Source of the DNA: Macrostomum hystrix
Lineage: Eukaryota; Animalia; Platyhelminthes
DNA length: 64,000 nucleotides
Direction of reading: 5' to 3'
NCBI GenBank assembly: GCA_950097015.1
Contig: CATNEN010000038.1
Span: 8,122,001-8,186,000 of the forward strand
This document shows, piece by piece, positions 1 through 12,362 of this stretch. The translations under genes were made by a program, and so were the position numbers. The notes beneath the pieces were generated by a model. That model did not search any database, had not been told where the DNA came from, and saw nothing but the letters and a program-made list of their open reading frames with translations. How positions within the stretch are numbered: the stretch's first letter is position 1; each line of letters starts with the position of its first letter.

Positions 1-401
1 ATCTGCTCACCCAGCCTTTCTCATTTCCTAGTTAGACAGCTCGAATATCTCCTTAGTCCCTCATCTTTGAGTACCTCCCGAATCCTTGCTCGTCTCTTAG
101 GGAAGTCCTGTTCTTGAGTTTGCCCGCCCGCACACAGTGGAGATACGCCCTTCGCTTTGAGTGTCCGCATATGCATGCAGCAGTTCTCTCGTCATGCCAC
201 TTCTTGTAGATGATGCAGCTTTATAAGTGTTTGAAAACTAGAAATTATTCTATTCAAATAGTTACAAATTAGTTGCTTATAAAGAGTAAAGTATGAGGAA
301 CACACTGACACCATGCATTTGTTTTATTGAAGCATGCTGATCCGTATCTAAAGCGTTTATTTTTCAAATGTTCAAATGTTCATTAGCAGCCTTATAAACT
401 G

Positions 402-1150
402 TCACTCGGTGCCGCCATACGTCTTTTGACTTTCGAGCAAGCTTGCCTGCCTTCTGCGTCTGAAAATGACAGTATAATGTTGTTGTAGTCAGGTTCGCTT
501 CAAGCCCGCTTTTCAAAGTGCTTAATTGGATGGGTAATAAACGCCGAAAGCGTAGAAAGACCTTACACACGAAATGTAAGAAAATTAAGATAAGAAAAAA
601 AAGAAAAAAGTTGTTACTTGAAATACCCCCATGGTCGTTCTGGTCGTTAATGAGACAGCACGCACCTGACACGCAACACAACACCAATTAACGCTGCCAT
701 GGACGCCAGGCAGATGACAATGACGCCAACCCAGATACCGACTGCAGAGGAGGACATTCGGGAGTAGGCGAACTTGATCCCCGATCCGGTGCCATTTGAA
801 ATGACAGGCGCCGGCGAGGACGCGCCTAATAGGACATGTTCCAGGAGTTTACCAGAGATATCAATCGGTTGGGACAAAACCGACTGCCGATCCGCCATCA
901 CCAGCTCTTTCAGCGTGGCAGGGGTCGCCGCGTCTACTGGAATGATGATGGGAGGTACACGTAAGAGACCACGCTATTTTTCGAGCTAGGGTGGTCTTTC
1001 TACCATTGACTAAAATGGAAATAGTCTGCGCAACTCACAGGCCAAAAAGAGGCACAATGAGACAAACGAAATTTAAACATAAAACCAACCTGCAGACAGC
1101 AGAAATAGGGAGGCCAGTAATGCACAGCAGAGTGATGACATCGGTGACAT
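402..1150 (-). CDS. Small type-I membrane protein, 129 aa; exons 1150-1090, 936-666, 459-402
   Basis: GT-AG introns join in phases 1 and 2 into a 390-nt ORF: signal peptide MSPMSSLCCALLASLFLLSA, short ectodomain, TM AVGIWVGVIVICLASMAALIGVVL, basic stop-transfer RVRRRR, tail QASLLESQKTYGGTE*. Confidence 0.75.
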
Positions 1151-1559
1151 GAAGGCTATCAAAAGAATCTGCCAGAAATAACACTGCAAAACAACAGAAT
1201 TGAGTTACGAGCGAGCTAAAATTGCGAATGGCTTTATCGTTTATAAACGGACTGAAACACTGAAAGACTAATGTAGCTAACTGATCAATGTTGCCACTAT
1301 GAGCCGTATCGATTTTATACGATCCTGCACACCAACTCACGCTCGCGTGCTCAGGCAATGCAAGGTGGCATTTTCAGCTACAGCAAACTAGAATCTCAAA
1401 TGCAAGCAAAAGTAGGAATAACTCAGCAAATTTGTTACATTTAGCGTAAAGGAATTTTAAAAAATACACGTTAATTGCGATCGTCAAATCTACTAAGAGT
1501 ATAGTCAAAGTTCTATGTAAAGAGATAAAAACTGTTAAATTATTATTAGACTTATTATT

Positions 1560-1800
1560 ATAAAAAAGCGCTAGCAACTGTTGAACATTCATTAATGAGA
1601 GGCCAAAAGAGTCGTGCACGGTTTTACCTGGCTTTACCTGGCCCAGGCTTTACCTGGGCGGCCTCTTCGTCAAATGCAATAATTAAAGGCTTTAAGTGAT
1701 AAATAAAATATAAACGAGATTATCAGGGCACTGCTCAGCGTCAGGCCTCTCATTAATGGCCTCTCATGATAAATGGTCAACAGTTGTTAGCGCATTTTTA
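1560..1800. mobile_element. MITE-like element with ~43-bp imperfect inverted ends
   Basis: Left end taaaaaagcgctagcaactgttgaacattcattaatgagaggcc is close to the reverse complement of right end ggcctctcatgataaatggtcaacagttgttagcgcattttta; no coding capacity. Confidence 0.6.
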
Positions 1801-1910
1801 ATATAAAAATTCGTAGACACTAGCAACTTTTGGCCACCTTCGGGAAGCAGAAATGTTGTTAATCCGTCCAGTATATACCTTTTAGCAGCTGTATTTTTAT
1901 GCTTTTTTAA

Positions 1911-3075
1911 GCTACAATGATCCCCAGTTGACAATGATTACCCTGACCATTGACCATGGCAATGACAATGATTACCCAGTTGACAATGATCACCAAGTTG
2001 ACTGTGATCCCCCAGTTGACAGTGATCCCCCAGTTGACAATGATCCCCCCAGTTGACAATGATCCCCCAGTTGACAATGATCCCCCAGTTGACAATGATC
2101 CCCCCAGTTGACAGTGATCACCCAGTTGACAATGATCCCCCAGTTGACAATGATCCCCCAGTTGACAATGATCCCCCAGTTGACAATGATCCCCCAGTTG
2201 ACAATGATTACCCAGTTGACAATGATTACCCAGTTGACAATGATCCCCCAGTTGACAATGATTACCCAGTTGACGATGATTACCCAGTTGACAATGATCC
2301 CCCAGTTGACAATGATTATCCAGTTGACAATGATCCCCCAGTTGACAATGATTACCCAGTTGACAATGATCCCCCAGTTGACAATGATTACCCAGTTGAC
2401 AATGATCCCCCAGTTGACAATGATTACCCAGTTGACAATGATCCCCCAGTTGACAATGATTACCCAGTTGACAATGATCACCAAGTTGACTGTGATCCCC
2501 CAGTTGACAGTGATCCCCCAGTTGACAATGATCACCCAGTTGACAATTATCACCAAGTTGACAATGATCACCAAGTTGACAGTGATCACACCAGTTGACA
2601 ATGATCACCAAGTTGACAATGATCCCCCCAGTTGACAATGATCCCCCAGTTGACAATGATTACCCAGTTGACAATGATCCCCCAGTTGACAATGATTACC
2701 CAGTTGACAATGATCACCAAGTTGACTGTGATCCCCCAGTTGACAGTGATCCCCCAGTTGACAATGATCACCCAGTTGACAATTATCACCAAGTTGACAA
2801 TGATCACCAAGTTGACAGTGATCACACCAGTTGACAATGATCACCAAGTTGACAATGATCCCCCCAGTTGACAATGATCCCCCCAGTTGACAATGATCCC
2901 CCCAGTTGACAGTGATCACCCAGTTGACAATTATCACCAAGTTGACAATGATCACCAAGTTGACAATGATCCCCCAGTTGACAATTATCCCCCATTTGAT
3001 GATGACTCCCCAGTTGACGATGATCCCCCAGTTGACCATGATCACCCATTTGATGATGATCCCTAGTTGACAATG
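1911..3075. repeat. 18-bp minisatellite (cagttgacaatgatcccc and variants), ~60 units, with a higher-order ~236-bp duplication
   Basis: Directly visible tandem array; it generates the repetitive GDHCQL / VDNDPP ORFs, and identical ORF starts recur 236 bp apart. Confidence 0.95.
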
Positions 3076-3406
3076 TTTCTCAGTTGAAATTTTATATTAG
3101 CTGCTTTTGTAGAAAATTAAAAAGAACAACATAAAATGAATATAGGCAAAATATTTATCATACAAATATATATCATTGTGACTTTATAAGATAACAAAAT
3201 CTAAATGTAGAGAATTCGATTCAATGACAAAAGAAAATTTTTGCCATGATTCCCTTTATTTTCAAAATAAAATAAAAAAATTGCTTTGCATCCATGACTA
3301 CGGACTGACAATTAGTTTAAATATTTGACGCAGTGAAGAGTCGAACCAGGGACGCTTCTCCTAGCCTAGCCTAACCTATTCCTAGTGCCTACACATCTTT
3401 GGAGCT

Positions 3407-6400
3407 ATGTCAACTTCAGGCTCAGCATCCGGTGTACTCAGCGAGTGCAACAACTACAAAAGAGTCAGAGGTCCAATCGAGTTGGACATTGCAGTCAGCA
3501 GTGAGCTCGTGAATGAGACGGCCGGGCTGAGTGAGCTCCAGTGTGTGCTCAGGTGTCGGGCGAGGCGCTGCGCAGAGGCGGTTTTAGTGAACTCGAGCAG
3601 CATCTGCCAGCTGGTCATCATCCACACGGTTCCTGGACCGTCCGGCAGCCATCAGCACAGGCTGCTGGCCTCTGAGGCAGGCGCGGTGGTGTGGAAGGCG
3701 GACAACTTCCAGACGCTTCTAGCCGACACCCAGTGGAATGTGAATGCGGAATTCCTCAGTGAGTACAATGCAATCACCTCTAGACTAGCTAGCGGAGTGC
3801 TTCACATGAACGTCCCTGAGCTCGAATCCGTGTCAAGGCCACATTGATTGGGCGTAACCAGCGAGGGAAGGTTTCGGGAGTTGTACTATTTAGCCAGGCT
3901 CTGAAGGGCCAACCCCACAATACACAGTGATGGTGTACACTCCCAGTTAATATGAAAGACATTTCAGCCGCACACATTTGTGCGACAAACGTATCTGTGT
4001 GCATTTGCGTTCCCGTGGCGGACAACTCAAAAGAAGTTGACCCTGGAGGTTTTGAGATTGAGTTGTGAGACGATCGCTGCGTGACAATATAGTGTTCACT
4101 GAACTTTTGTTTATGAATGCACAAATACAACTGCCATTTTTTACGCCAAACATCTTAATAAAGAGCAACAGAGGTTCAAACATTTAAAATCTCTCCTGTA
4201 GATGTCAGCTCAGGACCGAACGGGTCGGTGCAGCACAAGGTTGTCATGGCAACCGGTTGTTACGCACTGGAGGCGAGGGGCGCCGCAGGGGGGAAGTGCA
4301 GCTGCCGAATCGGAGGCCAGGGAGCCTCTGTGAGCGGGAACTTCTACCTGACCGCTGGAAGTCGGCTTGAGATTGCTGTCGGACAGGCAGGTGGGTCGGT
4401 CAGCAACTATTACGGTGGCGGCGGAGGTGGTGGCAGCTTTCTGTACCAGCTGACTGGTGGCAAATCCAGGTTGCTTCTGGCTGCTGGCGGTGGCGGAGGT
4501 TCGTCTATTTGGAAAAGCGGTAAGTGAAAGCTGCTCAGCCTTTAATTAACTAAAATTTTTTATTAATTATTAATTAATTACACCTGCCCCAATCGGGCCA
4601 GATGTGCAGCCGACAGCACAGCCGCAGCTATTGCGCGGCGCATATGAAGACTGCGTACAGCTGTTCAGTCCATGGACTGGGGGGACGCCACACCCACCTT
4701 CAATTATCCCAGCTAATGCTGGTACCCATTTAACAGCTGGGTGAACTGAAGCAATGCAGAGTTAAGTGTCTTGCTAAAGGACACAAATTGTTTCAGTGGA
4801 GTCGAATATCGAACCCACGACCTTCAAGTCCTGAGTCCGACGCCCTAACCACTAGGCTACGCTCGTACAACCTCCTTTTGTAGGTTGTAGCTAAAATTAA
4901 CTATATCGGTGGTTTTTGCAACTAGAAACGCGACGAGAATCGTTTACTATCTCGTCGATGCCGATGTTTTGTCATTCCATGAGTCTTTTTAAATGTAGTG
5001 AGCCGTAGCTTAGGTGGCTCCCTTTTCCCGGCACTGAGTGGCTGTCCGGCCCGCCCTCTCTGGCGCTGTCCGGTCTGCCCTCTTTGTCCTCCCTTTCCCA
5101 CGGCAGCGCTTGCACTTAGAGTGTGTTGTCTCTCCCCCAGGGATGAGTCATCACCTCTTTGTCCCGCGCTGGCCAGTCCCTTTCTTTGTGTGCGCGTTTG
5201 TCTGCACTCAGTCAGCGCATGATTCTCCTCATGTGACTGGCCTCTCTCTTTGTCTCCTAAAGTGCACGTAAACATGTTTACTGCACTTGGGGCTTTGATT
5301 ATGGGACAGGAGCCTACGTAGGAGTGACGTTTTGGCGCCACTGACGTCAGTTGCTATTTTTAGAAACCACGTGAGCCCATCACGTGCTTTCTAACGTAGC
5401 ACTGACCCTATGGGAGGCCCCTGCCTATAAAAGAAAGGCCCCGCTCCTCTGGTTCTCTAACCCTTCTATCCCTTGTTTAAACCTTCTCTTGATAACCGTC
5501 GTTCTTAACTTGTTCTCTGTGCCATCAGTGTCTAAGTTTCCTACTTCAGTCTCTGCATGTGACTGCTCGTAAGCTCAGTTCTGGCTAAGTCCCGAAACTA
5601 ACTTAGCCTTCCACCCCACCATCCGAGCTACGCAGGACACTGACAGCCTGTAATTGCAACTGGAACTCTGCACTGTGTGCTTCTCGAGACTTTGTGACTT
5701 CGTTTCTTTCGGGCCAAGGATCCTTCACCTCACCGAAGGCAGAAGTCCTGACGCCCTGGTGGCAGCGCTACTACTACACTACCTGATATTCTTGGACTTC
5801 ATATTGGAGTCCGCCGGATCCTCATTGTTAGCAGGACGACCGGCACAACATAAAGAATAGAGCGGCCAATTTTAGACCGTGTTTAGGATTTTCATGGCGA
5901 TTGGTTATTTTAGGAGTTACAGAAGAAAGACAAAATGTTGTTCTTCCAAATTTTATTAACTGTTTAGTATATAGTGGTCTTTCTACTGTTAAGAGCAACT
6001 TGACTTTTATTGCCACGCAGCTGTTAACGTAGCTTGTAATGTCGAGTCTACGATGTTTGTCGGTTGACGATTGCCCAGTGAAAAAGCGTGGCAAAACGAC
6101 GATCTTTGGAATACGTTTCTAAGATGTTTACCTAATAATACGTGCGTTTTAGGCAGAATATTAGCACAATGGAAGCGAAATAATTGTCTTTTAAAAGGTG
6201 TCTCCGGTCAAGAAAGTGTCAACGGGAGCGACCCTCTACTCTACTCCAGCTTGTACACCCAAACCGGATTCGGCGGCACCAACGGCAATCCCGGCTATAA
6301 TGAGCCGAGCAGCATGTCCAGCAGCACAGACAGCAGTGTCAGGCAAAGCAACCAAGGCGGCAAAGCAAACAGTAAAGCTGGTTGAATCGGCCTCTCAATC

Positions 6401-6723
6401 CACGACGCAGCGTGTCCGACGGTGATCGTGGTGGCAGTCTCGTCGACGGTTGGACCGGAGGAGCCGCGGGAGATGGAAGTGTCGGGCATGGCGGCTTCGG
6501 AGGCGGCGGAAGTGGTGGCATATACAGCTCGAGTAGCTCGGGTGCATTGTTCGGAGCCGCTGGAGCCGGAGGCGGCTTCAGCGGAGGCGGCGCCAGTCTT
6601 AGCCGCGTGGACGGTGGAGGAGGCGGCGGCTCGTTCTGCAGCGGAAACAGCTGCGTGGCCGTCACTGGAAACAGCGCTGGTGTCGAGCAAGGTCGGGCTG
6701 CGCTGCGGCTGCTCAACGTATAG
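3407..6723 (+). CDS. PAN/Apple-like Cys module + ALK/LTK-type glycine-rich domain protein; exons ~3407-3758, 4202-4519, 6198-6723, frameshift near 6375-6385
   Basis: Phase-1 GT-AG junctions. GRD motifs GCYALEARGAAGG, GGQGASVSGNF, LEIAVGQAGG, GGGGGGSF, LLLAAGGGGG, GGFGGGG, GAGGGFSGG, GGGGSF. Exon 1 has C-x3-C-x4-C...C. The true start may lie upstream. Confidence 0.7.
4575..4875 (-). mobile_element. tRNA-derived SINE family A (CORE-like central domain)
   Basis: Reverse strand reads gtagcctagtggttagggcgtcgg...ggttcgatatt (A/B boxes), then gtgtcctttagcaagacacttaac...cagctgttaaatgggtacc, resembling the MIR/CORE core; homologous copies at 15347, 46696 and 55065. Confidence 0.8.
4994..5850 (+). mobile_element. 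Solo LTR (857 bp) with 4-bp TSD TAAA
   Basis: Begins TGTAGTG and ends CACAACA (6/7 inverted match); TAAA at 4990-4993 and 5851-5854; internal TATAAAAG near 5427; flanks rejoin colinearly with a repeat also seen at 16170-16360 and 42820-43018. Confidence 0.8.
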
Positions 6724-7652
6724 GACGAGAGCGCTTGCAGGTGATGGTGAATGACGTCCCTCTAAAAGTCATTGTTAGGCCCTGAGGTTCGATGACTTTT
6801 TCTCATCTTCGTGTCAGGAATTGAACATGCCTCTAGAATTAATCACCGTCATTGCTGCGGGACTAGGATTTTCTGGTTGAAGTCAACGAAGTGACTGTTG
6901 TTTTCTGTAACTAATTTTTTTTAACCAAATATGATTGTTTATATGATTGATCTTATTAAATCCCCTATACTTTTAGGAAAATACGTTTAGGAAACGTGCT
7001 GAAACTGTTTCTAATGCCTTGCGCAATGTAAGTATTAATTGCAAAGATACATTTACTTGCTATTTGTTTTGAAAACTTTATAGTAATATTTATTCTCATT
7101 TAAAATTGTATGGATTTATGAAAGTTTCCGCAAAAACATTAAAGGTCACTGAAAAAAACTTGGCAGACACTGCCAAAGGTCTTGCCAAGGGTTAGCGGAA
7201 TGGGGGGTCCTCTCCGCCTCCTCGCTGCGTCTGCCGGTACGGAGCACCCTGCAGCTAAGTCAAGTAAGTCAAGTCTGCCAAGGGTCATTGCCACCTTCTG
7301 ATAGTTTGGGATTTGCTAAATAAACGGAAAACGGCTTTGAATGGACTTTATTTTCAGGGGACATTGATTGTGTACGGGCGTAAAAGTCCACCTGATAGTG
7401 TCAGCATATCTGTTTTGCTAAAAATGTCTTATAACTCAGACATATGAGACGAAGTAGATCAGTTTCCATAAAAATCGATGCGCGGCACAGTTACGAAAAA
7501 AGGCACATCAGTAAATTGATGAAGAAAAGAATTGAGGGAAAGCGTAGGAAGGTACCAAGATAAAAAGTTAAGCGTGAAAAATACTACTGAGCTTAGTTAG
7601 TAGTGCAGCACAAGAATACGAGTTGACGAGTTCCTCATCGCAAGCGGCGGCC

Positions 7653-10600
7653 TCAGTCGTGGTAGGCTTCGATGCCGCCGTAGCCGCTCTTTTCCATGGG
7701 ATCCGAGGTGAGGAGCGGATCGATGCGCTTGTACCTGCCTCTGCGGAGCGGACAGACTGTGTTTAGCTGCTCATCAATAGCTAACAATAGAAACGCGTTC
7801 GTTTTACTTACCGAAAGTATCGCCTATGCACTGCACAGCCAGTCACAGCGACCGCCAGGGTCAGCAGCCCGCAGGCGACGCCAAGTGACACGACAAGACC
7901 GACGCCCCACTGCGAGCTGCCGTCGTCGCCGCTGCTGCTTGAGGAAGAGACGCCGCCAGCAGCCGCAGCCGCTGCCGCTGCTGCATGCTTTGAACCCGAG
8001 GCCTCCGCACTCACCGCAGCTGCCTCGCTCTTGACGGCGTTCCGATGCCGGCCGATCTTGAGCAGGGCCGCCAGTCGAGCACCCGACAGGCTGCGATGCC
8101 AGCCAACCGCCCTGAGAAAGTCTGCCGTTGTTGCATTCGGAGATTCGCAGAACGCCCAGTCGCCGCTCGGCCAGCTCACTGCGCCGATGGAAGCTTTCAG
8201 GCCGCACCAGAAGCCGCTGGTTCCGGTTGATACGGGAGAGGACGCAGCAACGGTCAGTGGCAGGCAGTTGTAGTGCAGACGTCCACCGTAGGCAAACGGA
8301 ATGCGACAATGGAATCGTTTGACGTCATGATCTGGAAAAGACAATTTAGGCATTTTAGGGAGGGGCGCTAATGTGTGAAAAGTCAGAACACTATCATTCA
8401 TGGTTTTTAATGCGCTAGCTGGCATAGTATTATTATCTAGCCTCATCAGCCATACAAGGAAATTATCAGTCTATCACTAGTATTAGGAGGCAAATTTCCA
8501 GCTGCAAATGATTGTGATTGCGCGGCTGGGAAAGAAGTTTTGGCGTGTTTTGGCGCACTGATAATTACGCCTCCGCAAGGCGACTATAAACGAATAGCTT
8601 TTCGAGAATACAGGCTGCGGCTCTTCGGCCCCTTGACAAGACGCAGGTCATCCGTGGAGACCTGATCACAGACGCTCAGCCCTATAAGAGATTCAGAAAG
8701 GAAGGAAAATAAATGGGTTCTGGAAAACATGCAATTTAGATTTTTGTGCTCTGGAGCTTATTTAACTTGGGCTCTTTTAGAATTAAAGAAACGAGTTGAA
8801 AAACAAGAAAAAATGCTAATTTTCTTATCTACGAGACTAAAACCGTGCTTCCTATGCAGCCCTATTCGTTGGGGGTACATGAGATGAGAATGAGCTAAGC
8901 AGCTTGAAGGTCAGTAGTTGGTCAGAGGGTTTTTGGAACGCGTGATTAAGAATTGACTTTGCGAATTGGATCAATGGCATTGATGCGCTGATATAGTTGT
9001 AAGAAAAGATGCGAAAGCACTCATATCAATGAATGACATTTGAGTGCACTCGAAACCTGCCGCTGCTACTATCGCATTTCAAAGACAGTACTGCCCAACG
9101 CTTGATAGATTTATAGAATGTGATAACAAAATAGCTAATCTAACAATGAAGGCGTCTAACCAAGAGACAGAGTCGAAATCGCTCAGCTCGGAAGTGAATC
9201 CCTTAATTAGGAGCTGATTTTCCCTTAAGGCGTACTACATCGGAAATCATTTAAGTTATTGTCTGCCTTTCGATTACATGCTGAGACCAAAGCGTTGGTC
9301 CTACTAACAGTAGCTGGAAAAATATTAAAATTAGAAAGTTTCCAACTTTTTTCTGCTTCTATTGACAGACTATGTTGTGACATGCTGGGCCCATTGTCAC
9401 AATTTTAGAATATTTCTGAAATTTTTTTACTTATTCAATGTGATAAAAAGAACGTAGTACACAACTAGGTGAAACTAAAAAACAAAAAAACTAAAAAAAG
9501 ATGAAAAACTCTTGTGCAGCTCTAAAATATTATTTAAAAAATTTTCTACAATAGAGATTTTCGAGAAACGGAACGACTTTTTTCGACCTCTGTGAAGAAA
9601 GCAGCCGAGATTCTCGGAAGCAAAAAAAGTTTTGTCTACATAACAATTTCGCTTCTTCAATATTTTTTCAGTGAGCTCCAACTGCAGTAACTTTCTGTCT
9701 GCTCTCGTAGAGTGCAGTAGTGCAACTTCCGACTCACTGTTGCATCGCATCCAGTTCTCGTCGCGTGTGAAATTAGCCGTTATCGAGCACCACTCCTCGC
9801 CTTTGAGATTGTACCTGACACAGGTGTGATGCCAGCGACCGTGCCACCAGAAGGGGAACACGCAGCGGCGATCACCAGGCACTGAAGGCAGAACCACGGG
9901 AGGCGGCGGCGGTGGCCGTGGTGTCGTTGGATGAGGAAGCTTTGTTGGGGCCATGGTTGCACCAGCGCCACCTGATTGTTGAATTATGGAAATACTTTCT
10001 TGGATATTTGTCAAGAAATTCTTCATTGTGTCTAGCAGCTATCCATTCTGTTGCTTGTATCAAGCAGCTATCCATTATGTTGATTGTAACTAGCAGCTAT
10101 CCATTCTGTTGCTTGTAACTAGCAGCTATCCATTCTGTTGATTGTAACTAGCAGCTATCCATTCTGTTGATTGTAACTAGCAGCTATCCATTCTGTTGAT
10201 TGTAACTAGCAGCTATCCATTCTGTTGCTTGTATCAAGCAGCTATCCATTCTGTTGATTGTATCAAGCAGCTATCCATTCTGTTGATTGTAACTAGCAGC
10301 TATCCATTCTGTTGCTTGTAACTAGCAGCTATCCATTCTGTTGATTGTAACTAGCAGCTATCCATTCTGTTGCTTGTATCAAGCAGCTATCCATTATGTT
10401 GATTGTAACTAGCAGCTATCCATTCTGTTGATTGTAACTAGCAGCTATCCATTCTGTTGATTGTATCAAGCAGCTATCCATTCTGTTGCTTGTAACTAGC
10501 AGCTATCCATTCTGTTGATTGTATCAAGCAGCTATCCATTCTGTTGCTTGTAACTAGCAGCTATCCATTCTGTTGATTGTATCAAGCAGCTATCCATTCT

Positions 10601-12362
10601 GTTGCTTGTAACTAGCAGCTATCCATTCTGTTGCTTGTATCAAGCAGCTATCCATTATGTTGATTGTAACTAGCAGCTATCCATTATGTTGATTGTAACT
10701 AGCAGCTATCCATTCTGTTGCTTGTAACTAGCAGCTATCCATTCTGTTGATTGTAACTAGCAGCTATCCATTCTGTTGATTGTAACTAGCAGCTATCCAT
10801 TCTGTTGATTGTAACTAGCAGCTATCCATTCTGTTGATTGTAACTAGCAGCTATCCATTCTGTTGATTGTATCAAGCAGCTATCCATTCTGTTGCTTGTA
10901 ACTAGCAGCTATCCATTCTGTTGATTGTAACTAGCAGCTATCCATTCTGTTGATTGTAACTAGCAGCTATCCATTCTGTTGATTGTAACTAGCAGCTATC
11001 CATTCTGTTGATTGTATCAAGCAGCTATCCATTCTGTTGATTGTAACTAGCAGCTATCCATTCTGTTGATTGTAACTAGCAGCTATCCATTCTGTTGATT
11101 GTATCAAGCAGCTATCCATTCTGTTGCTTGTAACTAGCAGCTATCCATTCTGTTGATTGTAACTAGCAGCTATCCATTCTGTTGATTGTAACTAGCAGCT
11201 ATCCATTCTGTTGATTGTAACTAGCAGCTATCCATTCTGTTGATTGTATCAAGCAGCTATCCATTCTGTTGATTGTAACTAGCAGCTATCCATTCTGTTG
11301 ATTGTAACTAGCAGCTATCCATTCTGTTGCTTGTAACTAGCAGCTATCCATTCTGTTGATTGTAACTAGCAGCTATCCATTCTGTTGATTGTAACTAGCA
11401 GCTATCCATTCTGTTGATTGTAACTAGCAGCTATCCATTCTGTTGATTGTAACTAGCAGCTATCCATTCTGTTGCTTGTAACTAGCAGCTATCCATTCTG
11501 TTGATTGTAACTAGCAGCTATCCATTCTGTTGATTGTAACTAGCAGCTATCCATTCTGTTGATTGTAACTAGCAGCTATCCATTCTGTTGATTGTAACTA
11601 GCAGCTATCCATTCTGTTGCTTGTATCAAGCAGCTATCCATTCTGTTGATTGTATCAAGCAGCTATCCATTCTGTTGATTGTAACTAGCAGCTATCCATT
11701 CTGTTGCTTGTAACTAGCAGCTATCCATTCTGTTGATTGTAACTAGCAGCTATCCATTCTGTTGATTGTAACTAGCAGCTATCCATTCTGTTGATTGTAA
11801 CTAGCAGCTATCCATTCTGTTGATTGTAACTAGCAGCTATCCATTCTGTTGATTGTAACTAGCAGCTATCCATTCTGTTGCTTGTAACTAGCAGCTATCC
11901 ATTCTGTTGATTGTAACTAGCAGCTATCCATTCTGTTGATTGTAACTAGCAGCTATCCATTCTGTTGCTTGTATCAAGCAGCTATCCATTCTGTTGACTG
12001 TAACTAGCAGCTATCCATTCTGTTGATTGTAACTAGCAGCTATCCATTCTGTTGATTGTAACTAGCAGCTATCCATTCTGTTGATTGTAACTAGCAGCTA
12101 TCCATTCTGTTGATTGTAACTAGCAGCTATCCATTCTGTTGCTTGTAACTAGCAGCTATCCATTCTGTTGATTGTAACTAGCAGCTATCCATTCTGTTGA
12201 TTGTATCAAGCAGCTATCCATTGTAACTAGCTGTCTAAAACTTTCCATTCTGACCGGTATTTGATCTAAGCTTGATAAAATTGTATTAGAAAACTCACCT
12301 AGGCACATCAATGTGATGTGCAAGCACATCTGAAAGCTTGCTAGACTCAGCAGCAGCCTCAT
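7653..12362 (-). CDS. Type-I membrane protein with two fibronectin type II (FN2) domains; exons 12362-12299, 9971-9738, 8331-7812, 7740-7653
   Basis: Signal MRLLLSLASFQMCLHITLMCL; FN2 #1 CVFPFWWHGRWHHTC...WCSITANFTRDENWMRC; FN2 #2 CRIPFAYGGRLHYNC...FWC...DWAFC; TM WGVGLVVSLGVACGLLTLAVAVTGCAV; tail RGRYKRIDPLLTSDPMEKSGYGGIEAYHD*. Phases 1,1,2 are consistent. Confidence 0.8.
10032..12221. repeat. 29-bp minisatellite (aactagcagctatccattctgttgattgt), ~75 units, filling intron 1 of the FN2 gene
   Basis: Directly visible tandem array with only a few variant positions. Confidence 0.97.

Noticed and set aside
1907-3073. Repetitive ORFs (GDHCQL, VDNDPP, QLTMIP) as real proteins
   Set aside because: Open in several frames on both strands only because the 18-bp unit lacks stops there; no signal, splice or flanking coding support.
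8560-8661. Additional FN2-gene exon
   Set aside because: Stop codon in the required phase; the flanking exons already join in frame.
10032-12221. CRISPR-like appearance of the 29-bp array (also the 40- and 46-bp arrays)
   Set aside because: Units are head-to-tail with no unique spacers, there are no cas genes, and the context is eukaryotic introns.
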